Shown: positions 27,274 through 37,168 of the stretch, piece by piece
Layout of the letters: each line of letters starts with the position of its first letter
How positions within the stretch are numbered: the stretch's first letter is position 1
IMG/VR virus record: IMGVR_UViG_3300016476_000893
Location: 2,211-66,210 of that record
Source: a virus
DNA: 64,000 nucleotides
Reading direction: 5' to 3' (one strand)
Position numbers and translations under genes: made by a program
Notes under the pieces: generated by a model
Database searches by the model: none
Told to the model about the DNA's origin: nothing
What the model saw: only the letters and a program-made list of their open reading frames with translations

Positions 27274-28278
27274 ATGATAACATGTTATTTAAGATCGTCA
27301 AGTCTGTCATGCCTAAGCATGTGTGAAATGAAATATTATTTTACATATGTATTAGGTATGAAAGATAAACAAAATAAAAAAGCCACTATGGGCACAATCA
27401 TGCATAGAGTTCTTCAAGTTCTTGCGGACAAAAAACTTGCAAAGGACAATAAAAAGAAGAAGTTAAAGAATGACGACATTCAAGACTTTACTTTCGCTGA
27501 GTGTGACGACATTGAGCTTGTAACCAAAGTTTGCTTCGAGTATTACGCAGAGCAAGAAAAGTCTTTAGATCTTACAGATGCTGACCTAAGAACGTGTACC
27601 TCTTGGGTGTATAAAGCGTTGGCATATAAAAAAGGTGCGCTAGACCCACGAAACCAAAACGTGTTTGCGACAGAGAAATTCTTTGACATAGAGATAAAAA
27701 AAGACTGGGCGAAGTACGACTATAAAATTGGCGACGAAAATATATCTGGCTACTTATCAATAAAAGGAACTGTTGACTTAATAATACAAGAAGATGAAAA
27801 ATATTTCCAGGTACTAGATTATAAGTCTGGTCGCAGACTGGATTGGGCAACAGGAAAAGAAAAGACTCAAGACGATTTACAAAAAGACCCGCAACTTCTT
27901 TTATATTACTACGCACTTAAAAATCTGTATCCAGATTGGTCATTCTATGTTAGTATTTACTATGTAAATGACGGCGGTTTGTTTGACATTGTTTTTGACG
28001 AAAAAGACTACGCAAAAGCAGAAAACATGCTCAGACAAAAGTTTGAATATATAAAAGCCGTAAAGCTTCCGAAACAAATATCAAATGATCAACAAAATTG
28101 GAAATGCACAAAGTTATGTAAATTTTCCGAAATAGACCAAGAATCTGGAAAAACAATTTGTCAGCACTTCCACGATATGATAAAATCCAAAGGTATAGAT
28201 GCGGTAACTAGGGATCACGCCAATCTGAAAAAGATCACAAAATATCAAGATGGTGGTGGTAGAATAGCGAAGGATTAA
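27274..28278 (+). CDS. PD-(D/E)xK exonuclease (RecB/AddB-like), probable Fe-S staple
   Basis: S.SSL...CEMKY, GT.MH, KGTVDLI, LDYKSG, QLLLY; C-terminal CTKLC...C plus one N-terminal Cys. Confidence 0.85.
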   Translation: MITCYLRSSSLSCLSMCEMKYYFTYVLGMKDKQNKKATMGTIMHRVLQVLADKKLAKDNKKKKLKNDDIQDFTFAECDDIELVTKVCFEYYAEQEKSLDLTDADLRTCTSWVYKALAYKKGALDPRNQNVFATEKFFDIEIKKDWAKYDYKIGDENISGYLSIKGTVDLIIQEDEKYFQVLDYKSGRRLDWATGKEKTQDDLQKDPQLLLYYYALKNLYPDWSFYVSIYYVNDGGLFDIVFDEKDYAKAENMLRQKFEYIKAVKLPKQISNDQQNWKCTKLCKFSEIDQESGKTICQHFHDMIKSKGIDAVTRDHANLKKITKYQDGGGRIAKD

Positions 28279-28279
28279 G

Positions 28280-30118
28280 ATGTTAAGAAATCATTCACAT
28301 TACTCTCTTTTAATGTCAACTCAGAAACCAAAAGGCATTGCCGCGAAGTGTAAAAGTTTCGGCTATAGTCATGCTGGAATCTGTGATGTTGGTACTATAA
28401 GCGGTGTGGTGTCTTTTATTAAGGCTTGCAATGACAACAACCTAAAACCCATAATAGGTTCTGAAATAGTTTTAAAAGATGGATCTAGCCTGTCTTTGTT
28501 TTGCAAGAATAAAGATGCGTGGAATGACATGCTTGTTTTAATATCTAAATGCAATGATCCAGAAAATTATGATAATGGAGCTAAGATATCATTTGAAGAC
28601 CTTATAGCCACGATAAATACAAAGAATTTCATATGTGTTGATGGATATATCGGAAGCTTCTTGTGCTCTAAGATAGTTAATCAGCAATCATATGGGCTAA
28701 CATATCATGATATACACGACATATGGTGGGCAGAAAACACTGTTGACGGATCTAATAGTGGATATGATAAAGTAAAATCTCATATTCAGTATATGAAAAG
28801 TCTATTCAGTGATTCATATTTTATAGAACTTGAGCAATCAGAATCAGAATCTTTTCAAGTTAATAAGTTTTTATGTAAAATTCTTACAGACGTATGCTTG
28901 GAAATAGGATGTAAGATTATTCCAAATACATCTAGTTACTATTCTGATAGAAAAGACTCTTTAGACCATAGAGTTCTTTTATGCTCTAGATTAAAGACAA
29001 CTATAAAAAATCTTCAATCAAAAATTGAAGAGTCGTCGCAGTTTGATCTTTTGAAGTTTATCAGAAGCAATGATCATTATATCAAACAGGTAAATGAAAA
29101 TGACTTCGCAGACATATTATCTAAAATTGAAGACATAAACATACTGTCAAACCCAAGGCTTCCAAAATTTGATTGCCCAAATAACTATTCAGAAAATGAA
29201 TATTTGAAACAGTTATGTAGGGATGGCTGGAAGAGATTGATAAACACAGGAGTTGATAAATCTAAACACGAAGAATACAAAAATAGAGTGTTGTACGAGC
29301 TTGATGTAATTCAAGAAGCAAATCTTGCTGGATACTTTTTGATAGTTCAAGATTATGTAAATCATTTTAGAAACCTTGGATATCTTATTGGTCCTGGCCG
29401 TGGAAGCGGTGCCGGCTCTTTAGTTTGCTATCTGATTGGAATTACTCTTGTTGACCCAATTCCATACGGATTGTTGTTTGAGAGGTTTTACAATAAAGGG
29501 CGAAACACAAAAGATCATATTTCTTTACCAGATATCGACGTTGACTTTCCTCCATCTATTAGAGAAGATGTAATATCTTATATAAAAACGAAGTATAGCG
29601 AGGAAAGAGTTTGTCAGATGTTAACATTTGGTCGCCTACAAGGGAAGTCGATTCTTAAAGAGGTGTTAAGAGTTAATGAGAGTTGTTCTCCAGACCAAAT
29701 GAATAAAATTACTAAGTTCATACCAGACGAGGCCGAGATATCTGACCAACTTGAAAATATGGACCACCCATCTATACTAATGTGGTCACTCGAAAATATC
29801 AAAGAAAAGCTGTCAGACTATTGTTGGATTGATGAAGACGGTAATCTAAAAGGAGATTACGCAAAAGAATTTGAGCAAGCTATCAGACTTGAGGGCGTTT
29901 TTAAATCTCAAGGAAAACATGCTGCCGGAGTCGTTATATCATCAGAAAAACTTGACCAATCGTGCCCAATGGTAAAGGCGGCTAGAACTTCGGAAAAAAT
30001 AGCTGGAATGGAAATGGCCGATCTAGAAGCTATTGGTTGCGTGAAGTTTGATATTCTTGGAGTTTCAGTATTAGAAAAAGTTCAAATGACGTGCGATGGA
30101 GAACGGGATTATGAGTAG
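28280..30118 (+). CDS. dnaE: DNA polymerase III alpha, N-terminal half (PHP + palm/thumb)
   Basis: NHSHYSL, GRGSGAGSLV, FERF.N.GR, PDIDVDF, GKHAAGVVI, VKFDILG; stops about 17 aa after KFDILG. Confidence 0.93.
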   Translation: MLRNHSHYSLLMSTQKPKGIAAKCKSFGYSHAGICDVGTISGVVSFIKACNDNNLKPIIGSEIVLKDGSSLSLFCKNKDAWNDMLVLISKCNDPENYDNGAKISFEDLIATINTKNFICVDGYIGSFLCSKIVNQQSYGLTYHDIHDIWWAENTVDGSNSGYDKVKSHIQYMKSLFSDSYFIELEQSESESFQVNKFLCKILTDVCLEIGCKIIPNTSSYYSDRKDSLDHRVLLCSRLKTTIKNLQSKIEESSQFDLLKFIRSNDHYIKQVNENDFADILSKIEDINILSNPRLPKFDCPNNYSENEYLKQLCRDGWKRLINTGVDKSKHEEYKNRVLYELDVIQEANLAGYFLIVQDYVNHFRNLGYLIGPGRGSGAGSLVCYLIGITLVDPIPYGLLFERFYNKGRNTKDHISLPDIDVDFPPSIREDVISYIKTKYSEERVCQMLTFGRLQGKSILKEVLRVNESCSPDQMNKITKFIPDEAEISDQLENMDHPSILMWSLENIKEKLSDYCWIDEDGNLKGDYAKEFEQAIRLEGVFKSQGKHAAGVVISSEKLDQSCPMVKAARTSEKIAGMEMADLEAIGCVKFDILGVSVLEKVQMTCDGERDYE

Positions 30119-30464
30119 ATTTAAAAGATTGAATGTACCATATAGGTTTCTATCAATGTTTAACATCATTCATGATAAAGAGTATATTCAAATAGAGCCG
30201 TTTTTTAATAAAAACGGTTATTATTTAGACAGAGAAACTAATAAAACTTGGGTTGAGATAAATGGTACGGGATGGCTTTATTCAACGCCTGATTATTTTA
30301 AAGATCAATTAGAAACTAATTGTGGAAGTAATAGACTTTCTAATGAGAAATTTTCAATGCTGTCTGGACTTATTTCTAGTAAAATTATTGATTACAGAAA
30401 ACATAAAGATTTATACAGAATGTATCTAATTCAGCACGCAAAAAGAGAACTTAGGATTTATTAA
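30111..30464 (+). CDS. hypothetical protein (AT-rich)
   Basis: ORF track 30096-30464; ATG 30111 overlaps the dnaE-N stop; 3' end overlaps the convergent HNH gene by 14 nt. Confidence 0.55.
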   Translation: MSRFKRLNVPYRFLSMFNIIHDKEYIQIEPFFNKNGYYLDRETNKTWVEINGTGWLYSTPDYFKDQLETNCGSNRLSNEKFSMLSGLISSKIIDYRKHKDLYRMYLIQHAKRELRIY

Positions 30465-31551
30465 AATCTGATATTATTTTACACCAGTTTATAAATTCTT
30501 GATCAGTCATATTTTGTTTCATTATGTTTATTTTTTTATGAACCCATTGAATATTATCAATTGTATAACCTTTGTTTGAGTCTATCCTATCTAACGAGGC
30601 CGTAAAATTACCAGTAATATAATCATTGTTATTTTCTGGCATTGTTAATTCAACACCACTTATTTTACACTTACATTTTTGAATTAAAAACAAGTCATAT
30701 ATTTGTTCTTTTGATACTTCAAACTTTAGACATCTTATTTGTGCCGAGCTTTTTATAGAATTAAAATGACTACCGTTAATTAACTTGTATCCACTTGATC
30801 TTTTTGCTTCTACATATATTTTTTTTATTTTAACGCCAAGTCTTTTTAAATGTCTTAAAATTGTCGTATGACAAAAACCAAAGTATTTAGCTATGTCTGA
30901 CGAACTATAGTTTTTATTATACATTTCCACTAATTCATTATCAAAGCTTCTATTCCAAACCTTTTTTCTAAAATTTTTATATCCACTCCTTATTAATAGT
31001 TTTTTGATAGTTTCTGTTGACACATTGAAATGCGATGCGGTTTTAATTAAAAGTTCATTATTTTTTTTATGATACTCGACAACCTCATCACAATTTAATG
31101 ATTTTGACTTAATATGATTTTTTATATCAACACCGGCTTTTTTTAATATTTTAGATAAAGTATTTTCTGATATGTTATAAATTGTAGCAATTTGAAATAT
31201 CAATTTACCTTGGTTATAAAGATTTATAATTTCTTCAATTGGTGCGTTACAAGAATTATATCTTAATTTTATATTGTTTTTATGTAATGTATTTAAAACG
31301 GAGTTTTTTGAAATATTCATTTCTTTAGCAATTGTTTTTACAGACTGGATTTTTTTAACATACCTATCTATAATCTGATTAGAATCGACAAGTGGAAATC
31401 TATACTCATAAACATTGTTTAGTTTTAATTGTTTTATAATTGTGGTCTTACTATATCCAGTAACCCTAGCTATTTCATTTATTGGCGTTTTATTTTCAAA
31501 CATTCTTATTATTTCAGAATAATCTATTTTTTTCTGCACCGTCTGCTCCAT
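30451..31551 (-). mobile_element. free-standing HNH/His-Me-like endonuclease gene with five tandem HTH repeats
   Basis: C-terminal QKCKCKISG...ASLDRIDSNKGYTIDNIQWVHKKINIMK; five ~45-aa HTH repeats; antisense to the operon and AT-rich. Confidence 0.75.
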
Positions 31552-31616
31552 TTTAAGTTAAATGATATAAGTTTACATATGTTATATACTCCAATCACTA
31601 AAAATAAGGGAAAATA

Positions 31617-32315
31617 ATGAATTATCGCGATTTCATCTGCATCGATTTCGAGACCACTTCTAAATATTCTTCAACAACCCAACCAGTGCAGATTGCTGCT
31701 GTCGCCATTCATGGCAGAAAGTTGGAGATCAAACCTGGCACAGAGTTTCAGTCGCTAATAAGACCGATCTTCGATGAAGAGGAATGTAAGAGACTAAACT
31801 TAGATCCTCTAACTGATGACGCTATATCAAAACATGGCAAAACAAGAGAAATGTTGGAAAATGCACCAAGTCTTAAATCTGTTTGGCAGAATTTTACTCA
31901 ATACTGTAAGCAGTTTAATACGGGTACTAGCAATTTTACAGCACCAATTGCGACTGGATACAATATAAAAAACTTCGATATGCCAATAGTCCAAAGGATT
32001 TGTGCTTCAGAGCCATACAAATACGGACCAGTAAATAAAGAGGGAAAGCAGGATTTATTCAGTATCATTACAAGTGTGGATATGTTTGATTTCATGTTCG
32101 CGTTTTTTGAAAACAATCAAGAAGTAAACTCTTTAAGTGCGGACAATTTAATTCGTGGATATATGGGATACTCTAAAGGCACCGCTCACGATGCCATGTC
32201 TGACGTAATGATGACAGCGGAGCTATTTTGCAGAACAATGCATATGATGCGGAGAGTTATGTCAAAGAATGACCTAAAGGGCGCATTTGCAAGAAAGAAA
32301 AACTCTAATGAGTAA
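31617..32315 (+). CDS. dnaQ: DEDDh 3'-5' exonuclease (DnaQ/epsilon-like)
   Basis: ExoI IDFETT, ExoII GYNIKNFD, ExoIII AHDAMSD. Confidence 0.88.
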   Translation: MNYRDFICIDFETTSKYSSTTQPVQIAAVAIHGRKLEIKPGTEFQSLIRPIFDEEECKRLNLDPLTDDAISKHGKTREMLENAPSLKSVWQNFTQYCKQFNTGTSNFTAPIATGYNIKNFDMPIVQRICASEPYKYGPVNKEGKQDLFSIITSVDMFDFMFAFFENNQEVNSLSADNLIRGYMGYSKGTAHDAMSDVMMTAELFCRTMHMMRRVMSKNDLKGAFARKKNSNE

Positions 32316-33831
32316 TTTAGACATTATAAATTGCAATTACAATGATCCTTATGTCTGGGATATGATAGGCGACGGCAGAGTAAAAGGTTGTTTTCAGATT
32401 GAAAGTTTTTTAGGTAAAGATTGGTGTAAAAAGTTAAAACCTAGGAATATAAACGAGTTAGCTGACTTGATTTCACTGATTCGCCCAGGATGCTTGTCTA
32501 TGGCGCAGATCTATTGCGATAGAAGATCGAAAAAGGCTGAAATAGTAAGTCTTCATCCGCTAATAGACGATATTCTAAAAGACACGTTTGGTATCATTGT
32601 TTATCAAGAACAGTCCATGATGATTGCTCAAAAGTTGGCTGGATTCACTCTTGAGCAAGCTGATGATCTCAGAAAGGCGATTGGGAAGAAGAAAGCCGAC
32701 CTCATGAAGAAGGTTAGAACTCAATTCATTGTGGGATGTATTGCCAACAATGTTCCAGAGTCAAAGGCTATTGAAATATTTGACATTATCGAATTATCGA
32801 ATAGGTACTCTTTTAACAAATCACACGCCGTATGTTACGCATACAATTCATACTGGTCAGCTTATCTAAAATATCATAGACCAAGAAAGTTTTTAACAAA
32901 CTGGCTTAAATTGGCTTGTGAAAAGGTAGACCCAGACGTAGAGGTAAAAGAAAACGTAATGTCTGCAAAGTCTGACGGTATAGACGTTTTTGGCCCTCAT
33001 TATAAGTCGCTATCCGATGATTTCTTTTGGGACTCACAAAACAAAGGCGTGAGATTCGGAATATGCAATATCAAACATGTTGGCATGGTTCATTATGAAC
33101 AAGTGAAAAATATAATTTCTGAGTTAAAAGATCCTACATGGACTGAACTATGCCTCTCGCTTCTAGATGTTAACAAGAGGTCGATTGAAAACATGATATC
33201 CGTTGGAGTATTTTCTGGGCTAAAAAAGACTAGAACAGAAATGCTTCACGAGCATTCGTGTTTATTAAATTTAACAGAAAATGAGATTTTAGCACTTAAA
33301 ACGATCCTTGATAGAAACGCCCCAATAGTAGAAAATTTAAGAGCCTTTGTTTCTAAAGGAACTAAAAAAGACGGCGGTTTAATATCGACGAAAGGTAGAC
33401 TGTCTAAGATTGAAGATATAATAACGAGAATGTTAAACCCTGGTAGATGTCTTAAAGATAACCCTTCGGTATATTCTAGGTTAGAGTCTGACTTATTGGG
33501 ATGTTCTATATATCATTCAGAACTATCATCATCGGCAGACGCTGTATATGCTAATACGACCTGTTCAGAAATAGCTGACGGCAAATTGTCTAAATCGACA
33601 CTAGCGGCTATAATAAAAAGGATAAGGGTCCATAGAACTAAGAAAGGCGATGACATGTGTTTTCTAACAATAGAAGATAATTCTGGAGAATTAGAAAATG
33701 TTGTTATTTTCACTGAGTTGTATGGCCAAAACAAAGATATAATTTATCAGGATTCAACTGTCTTGATAACTGGCGAAATAAAGGACAAGGAAAGAAGATC
33801 TTTCATAGTCGAGAGTATCTTTCAAATATAG
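32308..33831 (+). CDS. dnaE: DNA polymerase III alpha, C-terminal half (fingers, HhH, OB)
   Basis: GCFQIES, LISLIRPG, FGIIVYQEQ, ADDLRKAIGKKK, YSFNKSHA, OB fold TKKGDDMCFLTIED; ATG 32308 overlaps the dnaQ stop. Confidence 0.93.
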   Translation: MSNLDIINCNYNDPYVWDMIGDGRVKGCFQIESFLGKDWCKKLKPRNINELADLISLIRPGCLSMAQIYCDRRSKKAEIVSLHPLIDDILKDTFGIIVYQEQSMMIAQKLAGFTLEQADDLRKAIGKKKADLMKKVRTQFIVGCIANNVPESKAIEIFDIIELSNRYSFNKSHAVCYAYNSYWSAYLKYHRPRKFLTNWLKLACEKVDPDVEVKENVMSAKSDGIDVFGPHYKSLSDDFFWDSQNKGVRFGICNIKHVGMVHYEQVKNIISELKDPTWTELCLSLLDVNKRSIENMISVGVFSGLKKTRTEMLHEHSCLLNLTENEILALKTILDRNAPIVENLRAFVSKGTKKDGGLISTKGRLSKIEDIITRMLNPGRCLKDNPSVYSRLESDLLGCSIYHSELSSSADAVYANTTCSEIADGKLSKSTLAAIIKRIRVHRTKKGDDMCFLTIEDNSGELENVVIFTELYGQNKDIIYQDSTVLITGEIKDKERRSFIVESIFQI

Positions 33832-33844
33832 AATCGAGGAATCA

Positions 33845-34279
33845 ATGGAACTAGAAAAAATAATAGAACAGAACAAAAACTTGATCAAGAATATAGCTAG
33901 GAAGTATTTTGTAAAAAATTCTGTTTTTTCCATAGAAGATTTAGAGCAGGTTGGTTATTTAAGTTTAACAAAAAATTATAAAAAATACGATCCTCAAAGA
34001 GCTAGTATAACAACTTTCATAACGGTGTGCGTTAAGAACGATATCATAAAATACATAAAGAAGCAGAAGATCAAAAAACAACCTCAGTATAAAATGGGTG
34101 AAGCGTCTTATGTTCAAAATGATTTGATCGGTGATATAACGCCAAGTGATCCAGATATAAAAAATATTATAGAGATGAAGTCTCATGGATTCTCGATAAG
34201 AGAAATATCTGATAAAACTAATAAATCTGAAAAACAAATTAGAAGACTTATTAAAAAAATAAGAGCGTTAAATGAATAG
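33845..34279 (+). CDS. minimal sigma70-family RNA polymerase sigma factor (regions 2 and 4)
   Basis: IEDLEQVGYLSL...YDPQR.ASITTF (region 2); GFSIREISDKTNKSEKQIRRLIKK (region 4 HTH). Confidence 0.82.
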   Translation: MELEKIIEQNKNLIKNIARKYFVKNSVFSIEDLEQVGYLSLTKNYKKYDPQRASITTFITVCVKNDIIKYIKKQKIKKQPQYKMGEASYVQNDLIGDITPSDPDIKNIIEMKSHGFSIREISDKTNKSEKQIRRLIKKIRALNE

Positions 34280-35918
34280 AAAAAAAAGAGTTTTATTTCT
34301 CACCGAAGCGACATATCTGAATACTGGATATGCCACGTACTCTAAAAATATAATTGATAGCCTATTTAATACCGGCAAATATGAAATAGCTGAGTTTTCC
34401 ATATACGGGTCTGAGGAAGATCCGCGTAGAAGTACAATAAAATGGAAAAACTATCCAAACATACCAAAGCCGACAAACAGTATAGATCTAGAGACGTATA
34501 ATTCTAACCCATCAAATCAGTTTGGTGAGTGGCGATTTGAGAGAGTTTGTGTTGATTTTAAGCCGGATGTAGTGTTGTGCATAAGAGACTTCTGGATGGA
34601 CGCCTTTGTTTACAAGTCTCCATTCAGAAGAATATTTAAATGGGTGTGGATGCCAACTGTAGACGGATCTCCACAGAATGAAGAATGGGTGGACTGCTTC
34701 TGCAATGCAGATGGTATAATAACCTACTCTGATTGGGCCTACAACGTTCTGAAAGAACAGTCTGGTGATTCTATCAAATATATAGGAACAGCATCACCAA
34801 CAGCGTCTGAGCACTTTTATCCAATGGATAAGACTGCTATACGCAAGGAGTTTGGTTTAGACCCTAACTCCAAAATAATTGGCACTGTAATGAGAAACCA
34901 GCGAAGAAAGTTATTTCCGGTATTATTCAAAGCCTTTTCGTCATATCTCAAAATGACTGGCGATAAAAATACTTTCCTTTACTGTCACACCTCGTACCCA
35001 GATAACGGCTGGGATCTTGGAAATTTGTTGCTGGAAAACGAAATATCTACGAGAGTGTTATTTTCATATATCTGCTCTAAATGCGGGTCGTTGGAGGTGT
35101 CAAAATTTAACGACGCTATAAAATGTTGTGATAGATGTAGATCTTTTAATTCAACACCATCAAATGTAGCAAACGGTGTTCCAGATTCAATACTAGCAAA
35201 AATTTACAACACGTTTGATTTATATATACAGTGCTCAAACTCTGAAGGTTTTGGTGTTCCTCAAGTTGAAGCGGCTGCTTGTGGCGTACCAGTAGCTTGC
35301 ACAAAATATTCAGCTATGGAAGACGTAATACAGAAGCTTTCAGCCTTCCCAATTAATCTAGATGGAAAGTATAAAGAGCTTGAGACTGGGTGCGACAGAG
35401 CAGTTCCATCTGTAGATTCTATGGTAGAAATATTTAACAAGTTTTTCTCTTGCTCGGATGAGGATAAAGCTTGTATTAGAGAAAAAGTAAGATCGCAATT
35501 TTTGCAAAACTATTCAGTAGATAAATCATCTTCTATTTGGCAACAAGCTATAGACTCTCTTGAGTTTGCTGACTGGTCGATTCCAAAAAGTATAAAATCT
35601 GAAACATCTTTTGCTCACAGCGAAATGACAAACTCTAGCTTTATTGATTTTTGCTGCAATAACTATCTTATTGGCGAGCATATGCACAGAAGCCACAAAA
35701 TTAGAAGTCTAAAAAGAGATTTAAACTTTTCTTCGTATAGACCGTCAAAAGATGGTATTTTTAGCACGGAAAGCTCTTTGTTTGGAAAGTCTAACCCAGT
35801 AACTCTTAATAGGGATAAGGTTTTAGAAACTTTCATATCTTTGGCGAAAAATTCTAACTTTTGGGAAAATGTAAGATCTGGTATTATAACATTGGAGAGA
35901 GAGTCATGGTTGAGATAG
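34272..35918 (+). CDS. glycosyltransferase family 4 (GT-B) with Cys-rich insertion
   Basis: RVLFLTE..YLNTGY, RNQRRK, IYNTFDLYIQCSNSEGFGVPQVEAAACG; CSKC...CCDRC insertion. Confidence 0.88.
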   Translation: MNRKKRVLFLTEATYLNTGYATYSKNIIDSLFNTGKYEIAEFSIYGSEEDPRRSTIKWKNYPNIPKPTNSIDLETYNSNPSNQFGEWRFERVCVDFKPDVVLCIRDFWMDAFVYKSPFRRIFKWVWMPTVDGSPQNEEWVDCFCNADGIITYSDWAYNVLKEQSGDSIKYIGTASPTASEHFYPMDKTAIRKEFGLDPNSKIIGTVMRNQRRKLFPVLFKAFSSYLKMTGDKNTFLYCHTSYPDNGWDLGNLLLENEISTRVLFSYICSKCGSLEVSKFNDAIKCCDRCRSFNSTPSNVANGVPDSILAKIYNTFDLYIQCSNSEGFGVPQVEAAACGVPVACTKYSAMEDVIQKLSAFPINLDGKYKELETGCDRAVPSVDSMVEIFNKFFSCSDEDKACIREKVRSQFLQNYSVDKSSSIWQQAIDSLEFADWSIPKSIKSETSFAHSEMTNSSFIDFCCNNYLIGEHMHRSHKIRSLKRDLNFSSYRPSKDGIFSTESSLFGKSNPVTLNRDKVLETFISLAKNSNFWENVRSGIITLERESWLR

Positions 35919-36601
35919 GAACATTCTGTAGTCAGTGCGTTTTTTTTAATTCTGGATCTTGCCATCTTGGATTGATTGATAGGTGGAAAGACTTAGGTAA
36001 TGTAAAAAATTCTTCAGACTCAGAAACTGTGATAAATAGAATATGCATGTATAGAAGAGAGTTGGACTGGAAAAAAGAGTTGAGTATTGAAGATAAAGTG
36101 AGTCGCGTTAAGAGTGATGTTTACATCAAAGGATCAGTAATAGTTCTTTGTAAGAATAATGATTTATCGGGATTAGATAAAACTTTATCAAGCTTAAAAA
36201 CCGTTCATAGAATTGAAAATTTCTTTCCTGTTGTAATAGCGGATAATAGCTCTACTTTAGAATCTGTAGTTAATGTTGTTAAAAAATACTTCAAGAAATT
36301 CAAAGCTATGATTTCTTTAGAAGATAAAACAACAAGCGGAATGGTAGATCAAGCGTTTAGAAATGTAAAAAACGGATTTATTTTTGTGTTAAACGCATCT
36401 AAAAGTTTTGACAGAGATGTCTTTGATAAAATCAATACGATGGTAAATATAGATCTTAAAAAATTTGTTTATTTACAGTCTGAAGACAACGATTTTCATC
36501 AATGTGTTTTTGTTGCCGCTGTTTATAAATCGCTTGGTGGTAATAAAGAGTTTGGGTTTGAAGAAAAGATGTCTAAGTTCGATAGCGATAAACTAGATTA
36601 A
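35906..36601 (+). CDS. hypothetical protein (Cys-rich N-terminus, possible degenerate GT-A fold)
   Basis: CSQCVFF...C...IC N-terminus; GGAG before ATG 35906; lies in the GT cluster. Confidence 0.6.
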   Translation: MVEIGTFCSQCVFFNSGSCHLGLIDRWKDLGNVKNSSDSETVINRICMYRRELDWKKELSIEDKVSRVKSDVYIKGSVIVLCKNNDLSGLDKTLSSLKTVHRIENFFPVVIADNSSTLESVVNVVKKYFKKFKAMISLEDKTTSGMVDQAFRNVKNGFIFVLNASKSFDRDVFDKINTMVNIDLKKFVYLQSEDNDFHQCVFVAAVYKSLGGNKEFGFEEKMSKFDSDKLD

Positions 36602-36624
36602 TAAACAAGCTATAGAGAGATACA

Positions 36625-37167
36625 ATGAAAAATGTCCTTGTCTGTATTTTACTACGCAATACATTTGATAAAGATCGCGTGTCAGATATCATATCAAAAA
36701 CCAAGTCTGATGCGTATAATGTAAAAACTGTCCTATTTGATATGACAGACGATGAAATTAGATCCGAAGAATATTTATCAGTAGACATTATTAGAGTTGA
36801 GGATAAGACTCAAAAGGGTGTCGAGAGCCATGTGTTAGAACTAATTAAAAAGCACGATGCGTTCTGTTTTACTAAAATAGAGTGTTCTCAATACACCAAC
36901 GTTGAGCCTATAGACGGATATATTGACATGTTTAATTTAGACATGTTTGATGACCAAAATATTGGATGTATATTCTCAGACAATTATGTCGATGGTGTTA
37001 TAAAACACAAGAAGTCGTTTCCAATAGAGCTGGACAAGAGTAGAGATATATACTTTTTAAGTTCTCTTTCTTTTACTGAAAATTGGTCTGAATCTAGAGA
37101 TATCGAAGACGATATAATCTCATCAACAATTTCAAGATATTTACCAATACCAACATATAAGATTTAA
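36625..37167 (+). CDS. hypothetical protein (possible degenerate GT-A fold)
   Basis: 180 aa; NVLVCIL start and IGCIFSD resemble GT2 remnants. Confidence 0.55.
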   Translation: MKNVLVCILLRNTFDKDRVSDIISKTKSDAYNVKTVLFDMTDDEIRSEEYLSVDIIRVEDKTQKGVESHVLELIKKHDAFCFTKIECSQYTNVEPIDGYIDMFNLDMFDDQNIGCIFSDNYVDGVIKHKKSFPIELDKSRDIYFLSSLSFTENWSESRDIEDDIISSTISRYLPIPTYKI

Positions 37168-37168
37168 T

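Noticed and set aside
27274-28278. Cas4 / CRISPR-associated gene
   Set aside because: The Fe-S PD-(D/E)xK pattern is shared with phage recombination exonucleases, the context is replication genes, and no cas genes or array are present.
31576-31593. Longer start for the HNH gene using GGAG plus ATG at 31578
   Set aside because: That ATG is in frame but is immediately followed by TAA.
30040-32340. Split intein joining the two DnaE halves
   Set aside because: The N-half ends ...VQMTCDGERDYE with no block A/B, the C-half starts with DnaE sequence and has no block F/G or HN-C junction, and the FNKSH site is uninterrupted.
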